NCBI GenBank assembly: GCA_964544985.1
Contig: CAZJEE010000001.1
Location: 14,314-56,577, forward strand
Length of the DNA stretch: 42,264 bases
Direction of reading: 5' to 3'
Source of the DNA: an uncultured Candidatus Saccharibacteria bacterium
GTDB lineage: Bacteria; Patescibacteriota; Minisyncoccia; Minisyncoccales; PWPS01
Position 1 is the stretch's first letter; every line of letters begins with the position of its first letter. This document shows positions 21,156-28,451 of the stretch, piece after piece. The position numbers and the translations under genes were made by a program. The notes under the pieces were generated by a model that saw nothing but the letters and a program-made list of their open reading frames with translations, did no database searches and had not been told where the DNA came from.

Positions 21156-21183
21156 AAAGAGAATTCAAATATTCCTTAAAATA

Positions 21184-21210
21184 TTCAGAGCAACTTTAAG
21201 AAACTGACTC
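21184..21210 (-). repeat. 5' arm of the 16S precursor processing stem
   Basis: The minus strand reads GAGUCAGUUUCUUAAAGUUGCUCUGAA, which pairs with UUCAGAGCAACUUUAAGAGACUGAUUC (19550-19576). Confidence 0.6.
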
Positions 21211-21225
21211 GTCTCAAAGGATAAA

Positions 21226-21238
21226 TTTTCAAAAGAAC
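21226..21238 (-). promoter_or_regulatory. boxA-like antitermination element in the 16S leader
   Basis: The minus strand reads GTTCTTTTGAAAA, close to the Gram-positive rrn leader boxA TGTTCTTTGAAAA. Confidence 0.4.
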
Positions 21239-21246
21239 TGTCGCTA

Positions 21247-21274
21247 ATTGTACATAATTCACAAAGCTTGTCAA
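21247..21274 (-). promoter_or_regulatory. Putative promoter of the 16S-tRNA-Ile-tRNA-Ala unit
   Basis: Minus strand TTGACA (21269-21274), a 16-nt spacer, then TACAAT (21247-21252). It lies between tRNA-Thr and the 16S leader. Confidence 0.6.
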
Positions 21275-21289
21275 CTCCATGAAATACAT

Positions 21290-21363
21290 GAGCCGGAGAG
21301 AGGATTCGAACCCCCAACCTATTGTTTACAAAACAATTGCTCTGCCATTGAGCTACTCCGGCT
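21290..21363 (-). tRNA. tRNA-Thr (anticodon UGU)
   Basis: The reverse complement is AGCCGGAGTAGCTCAATGGCAGAGCAATTGTTTTGTAAACAATAGGTTGGGGGTTCGAATCCTCTCTCCGGCTC. It has anticodon stem ATTGT/ACAAT and loop UU-UGU-AA. Confidence 0.85.
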
Positions 21364-21658
21364 TATTCTCTTCTTTATTTTTTCTTTTTCTTTTTAAAAT
21401 AAAGAGCCATTTTGTAGTGATCTGTTCAACCTTAATCAGGAACCTTCTTACCGAAGAAAGTATCCTCTGTAATATTTCTTCAAATCTTTCTTTTACTTCT
21501 TTTTTAACGCCTTCTTCGATTTTTTCTTTTGCAACAATAATAAAATCATTTGTGGGGTCTTCAATAGCAGAAATACTCGCAACAAGGGGTGCCTTCCACG
21601 TTAAAAAAAGAAAAAGAGATAAAAGACCAATAAGAAAAATAATAAGCAATACAATCAT
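21353..21658 (-). CDS. Hypothetical small membrane-anchored protein with a Lys-rich tail
   Basis: 101 aa with an N-terminal TM helix (MIVLLIIFLIGLLSLFLFLTW). It starts 1 nt after the tsf stop codon, and its last codons overlap the 5' end of tRNA-Thr by 11 nt. I recognise no family. Confidence 0.4.
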   Translation of the reverse strand: MIVLLIIFLIGLLSLFLFLTWKAPLVASISAIEDPTNDFIIVAKEKIEEGVKKEVKERFEEILQRILSSVRRFLIKVEQITTKWLFILKRKRKNKEENKPE

Positions 21659-22243
21659 TTATATTTCAAAACGCTCGAAGCGATTAATAATGATTTTTTC
21701 GCCAATCTTTGCAACTTTATCATTTATTAAATCTTCAATTGTTTGTTTGTCATCCTTTACCCAAGGTTGCATCAAAAGAACTATTTCTTTTTTAAATTTT
21801 TTAATTCTTCCTTCAACAATCTTATCAACAATATTTTGAGGTTTATTAGATCCTTCGCACTGTTTTAAAGCAATTTCTTTTTCTTCTTTAATCTCCGCTT
21901 CTGTAATATCTTCGTCTTTGATATACTTTGGTCTTGTGGCAGCAATCTGGAGACAAATTTCATGTGCTAATACTTTAAAATCATCCGCCTTTGCAACAAA
22001 GTCTGATTCACAACGAATATCAAGTAAAACTCCTACTTTATTATTGGAATGAATATAGCTTGTAACAAGTCCTTCACCTGTAGCCTTGCCCGCTCTTTTT
22101 CCTGCAAGTTCTACTCCCCTCTCTCTTAAAACCTTTTTCGCTTTTTCAATGTCATCGCCAGTTTTTTCTAAAGCTTTTTTACATTCCATCATCGAAACTC
22201 CTGTCTCTTCCCTTAATTGTTTTATTTGCTCAATATTTGGCAT
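21659..22243 (-). CDS. tsf: Translation elongation factor Ts (short form)
   Basis: 194 aa with an N-terminal UBA-like motif (IKQLREETGVSMMECKKALEKTGDDIEKA). It lies downstream of rpsB. Confidence 0.92.
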   Translation of the reverse strand: MPNIEQIKQLREETGVSMMECKKALEKTGDDIEKAKKVLRERGVELAGKRAGKATGEGLVTSYIHSNNKVGVLLDIRCESDFVAKADDFKVLAHEICLQIAATRPKYIKDEDITEAEIKEEKEIALKQCEGSNKPQNIVDKIVEGRIKKFKKEIVLLMQPWVKDDKQTIEDLINDKVAKIGEKIIINRFERFEI

Positions 22244-22269
22244 GTTGTAAAAATGTCTTAACTAATTTT

Positions 22270-22959
22270 TTATTTAAGCACTGTTTTTATCTTATTTAAA
22301 ATATAACTAACAGAGCTTATTGAGTCATCGTTAGCCGGAACAAAACAATCTGTAATTGATGGATCAGCATTTGTGTCAGCAATCGCAACAACTTTAACTC
22401 CACACATTCTTGCCTCTTTAATTGCCAGTTTATCTTTAATCATATCAACTACAAAAATAGCATCCGGTATTCTTTCAAGTTTTAAAACACCTCCAAACTT
22501 CTTCTCTAATCCTTCCATCTCTTTAGATATTTTTACACGTTCTTGCTTTGTATACTTTCTTTCAAGTTCTCCAGATTCACGTTGTTTAGATATCATATTA
22601 TAATAATCAATTCTTTTCTTCATTGTCGGAAAGTTAGTCATCATTCCTCCTAAGAAACGATTAATGATATAGGGCATATCACATTCTTCTGCAACTTCCT
22701 TTACAATTTTGCGAAACTCAGGCTTTGTTGAAACCAGCATAATCATCTTTTCTTCTTTCTTTAGCTCAGAAAGATATTTTAAGCATTCTTCCAATTTCTC
22801 TTCGGTAATTTGAAGATTAATAAGGTGAATTGACCCTTTAACCCCCTCAATATAGGCATCCATTTTCGGATGACGCTTTGAAACTGCTTGACCAAAATGA
22901 AGACCAGCTTCTGCCATCTCCTCAGCGATTGTTTTCTTTTTAGTGTCTTTTTCTTGCAT
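22270..22959 (-). CDS. rpsB: 30S ribosomal protein S2
   Basis: 229 aa with LAEAGLHFGQ near the N-terminus and ADTNADP. It keeps the classic rpsB-tsf pairing. Confidence 0.93.
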   Translation of the reverse strand: MQEKDTKKKTIAEEMAEAGLHFGQAVSKRHPKMDAYIEGVKGSIHLINLQITEEKLEECLKYLSELKKEEKMIMLVSTKPEFRKIVKEVAEECDMPYIINRFLGGMMTNFPTMKKRIDYYNMISKQRESGELERKYTKQERVKISKEMEGLEKKFGGVLKLERIPDAIFVVDMIKDKLAIKEARMCGVKVVAIADTNADPSITDCFVPANDDSISSVSYILNKIKTVLK

Positions 22960-22992
22960 TTTACTAATTAGTAATGTTATTACGCGTGGTAG

Positions 22993-23021
22993 AATATATC
23001 ATTATTTTTAAATAATATCAA
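22993..23021 (-). promoter_or_regulatory. Putative rpsB-tsf promoter
   Basis: Minus strand TTGATA (23016-23021), a 17-nt spacer, then TATATT (22993-22998). Confidence 0.4.
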
Positions 23022-23027
23022 GGTATC

Positions 23028-23056
23028 TTGCTTTTTACTATTTTTTTTGCTATTAT
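23028..23056 (+). promoter_or_regulatory. Putative rpmE promoter
   Basis: TTGCTT (23028-23033), a 17-nt spacer, then TATTAT (23051-23056). It is divergent from the rpsB promoter. Confidence 0.4.
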
Positions 23057-23078
23057 TGATCTCGCTAAAAGAAAATAT

Positions 23079-23288
23079 ATGAAAAAAGAAATACATCCAC
23101 CATATCATAAAAATTCAGAAACAAGCTGTGCTTGCGGTGCTTCCTTTAAAATTGGATCAACAAAAGAAAAGATAAAAGTTGAGGTTTGTTCGTCTTGTCA
23201 TCCTTTTTATACAGGAAAAAAGAAAATCCTTGACACTATGGGAAGGGTTGAAAAATTCAACAAGAGATTAGCACAAAAGAAAAAATAA
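23079..23288 (+). CDS. rpmE: 50S ribosomal protein L31 (Zn-ribbon type)
   Basis: I chose the start at [10 protein letters not shown] because the track start at 23028 is the -35 box. Cys ligand contexts are SCACG and [11 protein letters not shown]. Confidence 0.88.
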   Translation: MKKEIHPPYHKNSETSCACGASFKIGSTKEKIKVEVCSSCHPFYTGKKKILDTMGRVEKFNKRLAQKKK

Positions 23289-23305
23289 CTATAAAAACAC
23301 AACAT

Positions 23306-23332
23306 CTCCCCTTCCCTGGGGAGTTTTGTTTT
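23306..23332 (+). terminator. Intrinsic terminator after rpmE
   Basis: CTCCCC-TTCCCT-GGGGAG followed by TTTTGTTTT. It ends 6 nt before the prfA ATG. Confidence 0.6.
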
Positions 23333-23337
23333 ATAAC

Positions 23338-24411
23338 ATGATTTTAGACAAACTACAAAAAGAATACGACAATTTAATGGAAAAACTTTCGCACCCAGAA
23401 AAAATTACAGAATGGGAACTTTTGGGTGAAGAAAAAAAATCTCTTGAAGAAATTATTAATGAAAAAAATATACTAGAGCAACTTAAAAAACAAATTCAGG
23501 AAAATAAAGAGATAATTACAACAAGTAATGATGATGACCTTATCGCAATTGCCACGGAAGAACAAGGATCATTAATTTCTAAAAAAGAAGATGTTGTTAA
23601 AAAATTAAAAAGACTTATCGGGAAAAGGGAAGGATTTGAAGATGATGAAGTTCAAAAAGGTACTGCGATTATTGAAATCAGAGCCGGTGCGGGAGGAGAT
23701 GAAGCATCACTTTTTGTATATAATTTATTGGAAATGTACAAGCGTTATGCACAAACAAAAAATATCGATGTACATATTCTTGATGAAAACAGAACAGAAC
23801 AAGGTGGCTATAAAATAGTTACTTTTAAAATGAAAAAAAATGATCCTTATTCTTTAATGCGTTATGAAGCTGGGGTCCATCGCGTACAAAGAGTTCCAGA
23901 GACAGAAAAAGGAGGAAGAGTTCATACGTCAACTGTTTCGGTTGCAGTTTTGCCGGAGCCAAAAAAAGGAAAAGTGGTTATTAATCCGCAGGATCTGCGT
24001 GTCGAAACATGCAAATCTTCAGGACCGGGTGGTCAATATGTTAATAAACGAGAAACTGCTGTAAGAATTGTTCACGAACCATCTGGAATTGTAGTAACCT
24101 CTCAAAACGAAAGAAGTCTCCAACAAAATAAAGAAACAGCTTTATCAGTTCTTGAAGCTAAACTTCATGAAAGAGAGCGAGAAGAAAGAAGAAAGAAAGA
24201 AGAAGAGAAAAGAAAATCACAGATTGGAACTGCGATGCGTGCAGAAAAAATAAGAACTTATAATTTTTTACAAAACAGAGTAACTGATCATCGTGTCGAA
24301 AAAAGTTGGTACAAATTAGAAGAGACATTGAATGGTGATCTCGATGAAATAATAGAAACTCTTCGCGATACCGAAGAGTCCGAAAAATATAAAGATATTA
24401 TTATTGATTAA
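23338..24411 (+). CDS. prfA: Peptide chain release factor 1
   Basis: It has the GGQ motif (SGPGGQYVNK), an RF1-type PxT tripeptide (VPETEKG) and IRTYNF...RVTDHR. I prefer the ATG at 23338 over the TTG at 23326. Confidence 0.9.
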   Translation: MILDKLQKEYDNLMEKLSHPEKITEWELLGEEKKSLEEIINEKNILEQLKKQIQENKEIITTSNDDDLIAIATEEQGSLISKKEDVVKKLKRLIGKREGFEDDEVQKGTAIIEIRAGAGGDEASLFVYNLLEMYKRYAQTKNIDVHILDENRTEQGGYKIVTFKMKKNDPYSLMRYEAGVHRVQRVPETEKGGRVHTSTVSVAVLPEPKKGKVVINPQDLRVETCKSSGPGGQYVNKRETAVRIVHEPSGIVVTSQNERSLQQNKETALSVLEAKLHEREREERRKKEEEKRKSQIGTAMRAEKIRTYNFLQNRVTDHRVEKSWYKLEETLNGDLDEIIETLRDTEESEKYKDIIID

Positions 24412-25755
24412 CTAATTTCCAAGCATCACTTGAATATCTCTTTCAAACTGATCTGCCCTAACAATTACCTGATCCGCATACCAGAAAAAACTTGAATTAG
24501 TGGTTCCACCTGAAAAATAAATCATTGCTGATCTCCACTCTCCTTCTTTCGTTTTTGATCTTGCACCAGAATCAGTTAAAAGAACTCCTGAGGCTAAAAA
24601 TGAATCTCTAATACTCCATGGATTCGCAGGTCTTCCCAAAAGACTTCTCATCCTGTCTTTATACATCATCCATGTTGAAGGAATAAATTGCGCTGGACCC
24701 ATTGCTCCTCCATATCCATAGCTAAGCGGACAAGAAATGGGAGTTTTCAGGGGATCTCTTCCTAGTTCCCCTATAATTACAAGAAACGGAGGTATATCTC
24801 TTGTGGGATGTATGCCGTTAGAGTATTTTTGTCCAGTTCTGATATGAACCGATGATCCAGAATTAGTATCAGCAAGATAACACTGTCCAACATTTCTACC
24901 TAAAGCAGATTCTTGTTGCAATATCGATAAAAGAAAAGCGGGTCTAATTCCAGTTAAACTTTCTACCCATTTCGCAATGTCATAAGCCTCCTTAAACGTT
25001 GGTGCTTGGACATCCTCTGGAAGCCCAGCAAGTTCAAATATTCTTCTTTTTATTTCCTCTGCTTTTTGTTCTAATTCTTTTTTTTCTGCAACCTGTTTCT
25101 GGTATTCTGCTTCTGTTAACCCATAAAGTTTCTGTCTTTCTTTTCTTGCTGCCTCTTCCTGCACTTTTTGTGCTTCTTGAATTTTCGCAACTTTCTCTGT
25201 CTCTGATCGATCATTCTCTAACTCCACCTTATACCCCTGCAAAGATCTTCTTAGGTTTTTTACTTCATCTAAAATACTTTTTGTTTCTCCAGAAAGTTTT
25301 TCTAATGAATTTAGACTACTAAAAACGGCCGAAAGATTGTTTTCAGCGAGTAAAATTTCTAAAACTGAAATTCTTCCTTCCATATTTAATGTTCTTAGCA
25401 TCTCCGCAAGCTCCTCTTGGGACTTCCCTATTTTTTCTGTTGTTTTAATAATTGACCATTGCGTATCAGTAATTTTAAGTCCAAGACCTTGTATCACAAC
25501 TCTATTACGATTAATTTGCGCAGATAAGGAATTAATCTCTCCTTGTAATTTGTTAATTTGATATTGCAACGTTTGTTTTTCTGCTTCTGTCGCTGTAATT
25601 CCTCTATTCGCATCAGAAATTTCTAATTCTAGCCTTTTTAGTTCAGTCTCAAGTAAAGCTTTTTCTTTTTCTTTGTCCGTTTGTGCAGAAACAAAAAGAC
25701 TGCTTGTCATAACAAGCATTAAAACTAAAAACAGTATAGTGATTTTTTTTATCAT
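24412..25755 (-). CDS. Secreted coiled-coil protein with a C-terminal lytic transglycosylase (SLT_2/MltB-like) domain
   Basis: 447 aa. It has a signal peptide (MIKKITILFLVLMLVMTSSLFVSAQT), about 230 aa of heptad-rich coiled coil, then LLSILQQESALG (catalytic Glu context) and GAMGPAQFIPSTW. Confidence 0.7.
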   Translation of the reverse strand: MIKKITILFLVLMLVMTSSLFVSAQTDKEKEKALLETELKRLELEISDANRGITATEAEKQTLQYQINKLQGEINSLSAQINRNRVVIQGLGLKITDTQWSIIKTTEKIGKSQEELAEMLRTLNMEGRISVLEILLAENNLSAVFSSLNSLEKLSGETKSILDEVKNLRRSLQGYKVELENDRSETEKVAKIQEAQKVQEEAARKERQKLYGLTEAEYQKQVAEKKELEQKAEEIKRRIFELAGLPEDVQAPTFKEAYDIAKWVESLTGIRPAFLLSILQQESALGRNVGQCYLADTNSGSSVHIRTGQKYSNGIHPTRDIPPFLVIIGELGRDPLKTPISCPLSYGYGGAMGPAQFIPSTWMMYKDRMRSLLGRPANPWSIRDSFLASGVLLTDSGARSKTKEGEWRSAMIYFSGGTTNSSFFWYADQVIVRADQFERDIQVMLGN

Positions 25756-26390
25756 TCTTGTTTTTCTTTTTCTTCTTTTTGACCAATAACTTCTACTTCT
25801 TTTTCACTTTCAATCGGTTTCTCTAATTCTTCTTCAATATTTTCTGGACGAGAAATCATTGCCACGACTCCATCCTGATCATGCATTATTTCAACATCAT
25901 TTGGTATTTTAAGGTCCTTTATATGAATTACGTCATCAAGTGTTTTTAGTTGCTCAATATCCACCTCTACTTCATGAGGAAGGTTCTGTGGCAATGCTTT
26001 TACATTAACAACGTCCATATTTTTGATTAGAGTTCCGTCAAAATCTTTAACTGCAGGTGCACTACCAATAAATACAAGCGGTATTTCTGCCTCAACCTCT
26101 TCTTTAAGATTTGGTTCGAAAAAATCAGCATGAATAATTTCTCCAGTCAAAGAGTCTTTTTGAATTTCATAAATAAGGACAGATGGTTTTTCTTTCTTAT
26201 CTTCAATTTCAAGGGTAATTAAAGTACTTTCTCCTGCCTCCTTATAAAGACTTACAAACTCCTTTTTATCCACCAAAAGCGATGTGCTTTTTCTTTTTGC
26301 TCCATAAAGAACAACAGGTATCATCCCTTTCTCAACTTTTTCTCCGCTTTCTCTGGTTTTTACTATTATCTTTTTTTTATTAACAGTCAT
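25752..26390 (-). CDS. rplY: 50S ribosomal protein L25, Ctc form
   Basis: 212 aa with an N-terminal L25 domain (GMIPVVLYG ... HADFFE) and a C-terminal Ctc extension with an acidic tail. Confidence 0.85.
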   Translation of the reverse strand: MTVNKKKIIVKTRESGEKVEKGMIPVVLYGAKRKSTSLLVDKKEFVSLYKEAGESTLITLEIEDKKEKPSVLIYEIQKDSLTGEIIHADFFEPNLKEEVEAEIPLVFIGSAPAVKDFDGTLIKNMDVVNVKALPQNLPHEVEVDIEQLKTLDDVIHIKDLKIPNDVEIMHDQDGVVAMISRPENIEEELEKPIESEKEVEVIGQKEEKEKQE

Positions 26391-26393
26391 TTT

Positions 26394-26612
26394 TTAGTTA
26401 TCATTAATATGAATACACTGCACCGGACAACTCTGTGATGCTTCAATGTTGCACTCCACGTCATCAACTTCCTTCTCAAAAACATCTCCATTTTGAACTC
26501 CTTCCTTAAGAACCGCTCTCCCATCATCACCCACCTCCCAAAATCCTGGACAAATCACACTACATGTTCCACATCCAATACACTTATCTCTTTCAAAAAC
26601 TATTTTTTTCAT
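26394..26612 (-). CDS. Small single-cluster [4Fe-4S] ferredoxin
   Basis: 72 aa with CIGCGTCSVICP near the N-terminus and a distal SCP cysteine (SQSCPVQCI). Confidence 0.8.
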   Translation of the reverse strand: MKKIVFERDKCIGCGTCSVICPGFWEVGDDGRAVLKEGVQNGDVFEKEVDDVECNIEASQSCPVQCIHINDN

Positions 26613-27465
26613 AATTAAAAAGATTAATTTTTTCTTTTACTTTTTTGCAGACCGCCTCAACAGCAGACGGAAGTATTTTATACGGGACTATTTCATTAGG
26701 ATTATTATGAAGTGTATTATAAAGCGCACTGCGCCACTCAAAACGAATTTCGGTGTTAATGTTAATTTTTGTAACTCCTTTTTTGATTAATTCTTTAATC
26801 ATCTCATCATCAATCCCCGATCCACCATGTAGAACTACAAATGAAGAAACATTTTTCATGAGTTCCGCCACTCTTTCGGAGTGAATTGTTGGAGAATTTT
26901 TATGAACACCGTGAAAGCTCCCCACATCAAGTGCAATACAATTTACACATGATTCCTTTACAAACTTAACAACTTTTTCTATCGATGTCAAGGTAACTTC
27001 CTCTATTTCCTCATCAGAAATCGTTGATTTTCCAAGTATTTTTGAAATCTCTCCTTCAACTAAAGTTTTTCTTTTTTTAGCATAAAAAACAAGTTCTTTT
27101 GCAATTTTAGTATTTTCTTCTAACGACACATCTGATCCGTCGAAATGAACCATGTCGTAGCCAACATCTATAGCCTTTTTTAAAATATTAAGCTCTTTCC
27201 CATGATCATAATTTAAATAAATCGAAACTTTTTCTTTTTTTTCTATTGCTCTTACCAATGAAACCGCTTCCTCCATCCCAAAATAATTAACTTCTCCAGG
27301 TGAAGTACCACATATTACCGGAACATTAAATTCTTTTGCAGCCATACTAATCCCCTTCAGTTGTTCTAATGTTGAAAAGTTGAACTGCCCAACGGCACTT
27401 TTCTTGTTTCTTGCTTCTTTAAGTACATCAATTAATTTTTTTTTCTTTGCAAACATATTTACCAT
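26593..27465 (-). CDS. fba: Class II fructose/ketose-bisphosphate aldolase
   Basis: 290 aa with class II aldolase signatures (YLNYDHGK, DVGSFHG, VLHGGSGI). Confidence 0.8.
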   Translation of the reverse strand: MVNMFAKKKKLIDVLKEARNKKSAVGQFNFSTLEQLKGISMAAKEFNVPVICGTSPGEVNYFGMEEAVSLVRAIEKKEKVSIYLNYDHGKELNILKKAIDVGYDMVHFDGSDVSLEENTKIAKELVFYAKKRKTLVEGEISKILGKSTISDEEIEEVTLTSIEKVVKFVKESCVNCIALDVGSFHGVHKNSPTIHSERVAELMKNVSSFVVLHGGSGIDDEMIKELIKKGVTKININTEIRFEWRSALYNTLHNNPNEIVPYKILPSAVEAVCKKVKEKINLFNYEKNSF

Positions 27466-28448
27466 TTTAGAAGATCGAAGTCATCTCCTTTAATAAGTGG
27501 ATTCATTTGAAAATCATCGTCACGATTTAAAAGACCATGCTTTGCTCCTGGTTTTTGAAGACATGCAGTAGAATTTGCAATCCCCAGTTGGATACTATTT
27601 TCGACATTACCACTCCTCATAAACTCAGAAAGAAATCCAGATCCAAAAGAATCACCTGCTCCCGTTCTGTCGTTTGCGTCAAGTAAAATAGGTTTGCTTC
27701 TGTAGAAGATACCCTTTGATGATGCAACAACTCCATCAACGCCTTGGGTAACGAGCAACACTTCTTTACAGAACTTTGTTGCTTTTTTAATTACTTCGTC
27801 TTCCTTCTCATAAGAAATTCCTGTCAAAATAGAGGCCTCTTCAACGTTTAAAAGAAGAATGTCAATCTTTTTTAACACATCTTTTATTTTTTCGTTTTTA
27901 AGCTGAGATTTACTAGGGTTTGCCATCACGCGAATATTTTTCAAGGCCGCATGTTCTAAAAGATCATAAAAAAGTGCTTCCGAAGATGATGAAAAAGGAG
28001 CAAGATAAAACCACTTTGAATTTAGATCTTCAAAAGATATGTCTTTTTTGCTATGAAAATCTGAAGCACCTCTATAAACTAAAATCGTTCTATCTATTCC
28101 TTGGACATCAATAATTACCGAATGATTTGTCGGTTTTTCATCCGTTGAAGAAACCAAGTCAGTATTAACTTTATAATGCTCTAAGTCTTTTAGAACCCCT
28201 TCGCCGGCTTCGTCTCTGCCAACTTTTCCGCAATAAGCAACATTGAATCCCTGTTTGGCAAACGTAGCCGCCGTATTTGTTCCCCCACCACCAGTTGTAA
28301 TATAAACTTCATCTGTTTTTATTTTTGATCCTAATGAAAAACAGACGCCTTTCCCTGTTGGGAATTTATCACTTTCCAAAACAACGTTTTCTTTTGATCT
28401 AAGAAAAACGTCTTTCGTTGCTGACCCAAAAGTAATAATATCAAACAT
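27459..28448 (-). CDS. PfkB-family sugar(-phosphate) kinase
   Basis: 329 aa. The PfkB N-terminal signature is TTGGGGTNTAATFAK and the C-terminal signature is DRTGAGDSFGSGF. It has a 7-nt overlap with fba. Confidence 0.75.
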   Translation of the reverse strand: MFDIITFGSATKDVFLRSKENVVLESDKFPTGKGVCFSLGSKIKTDEVYITTGGGGTNTAATFAKQGFNVAYCGKVGRDEAGEGVLKDLEHYKVNTDLVSSTDEKPTNHSVIIDVQGIDRTILVYRGASDFHSKKDISFEDLNSKWFYLAPFSSSSEALFYDLLEHAALKNIRVMANPSKSQLKNEKIKDVLKKIDILLLNVEEASILTGISYEKEDEVIKKATKFCKEVLLVTQGVDGVVASSKGIFYRSKPILLDANDRTGAGDSFGSGFLSEFMRSGNVENSIQLGIANSTACLQKPGAKHGLLNRDDDFQMNPLIKGDDFDLLKW

Positions 28449-28451
28449 AAT

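Noticed and set aside
21279-21839. 186-aa + strand ORF
   Set aside because: It is antisense to tRNA-Thr, to the 101-aa ORF and to the 3' end of tsf. It is a low-complexity S/I/F-rich translation typical of the reverse frame of AT-rich genes. The same reasoning applies to the other antisense ORFs in the track, for example 3615..3923, 11040..11447, 28528..28956, 29482..29924 and 39714..40059.
23028-23078. N-terminal 17-aa extension of L31 (track start 23028) and the TTG start of prfA at 23326
   Set aside because: The 23028 codon coincides with the predicted -35 box, and canonical L31 begins at MKKEIHP. The prfA TTG lies inside the terminator U-run, so the ATG at 23338 is more plausible.
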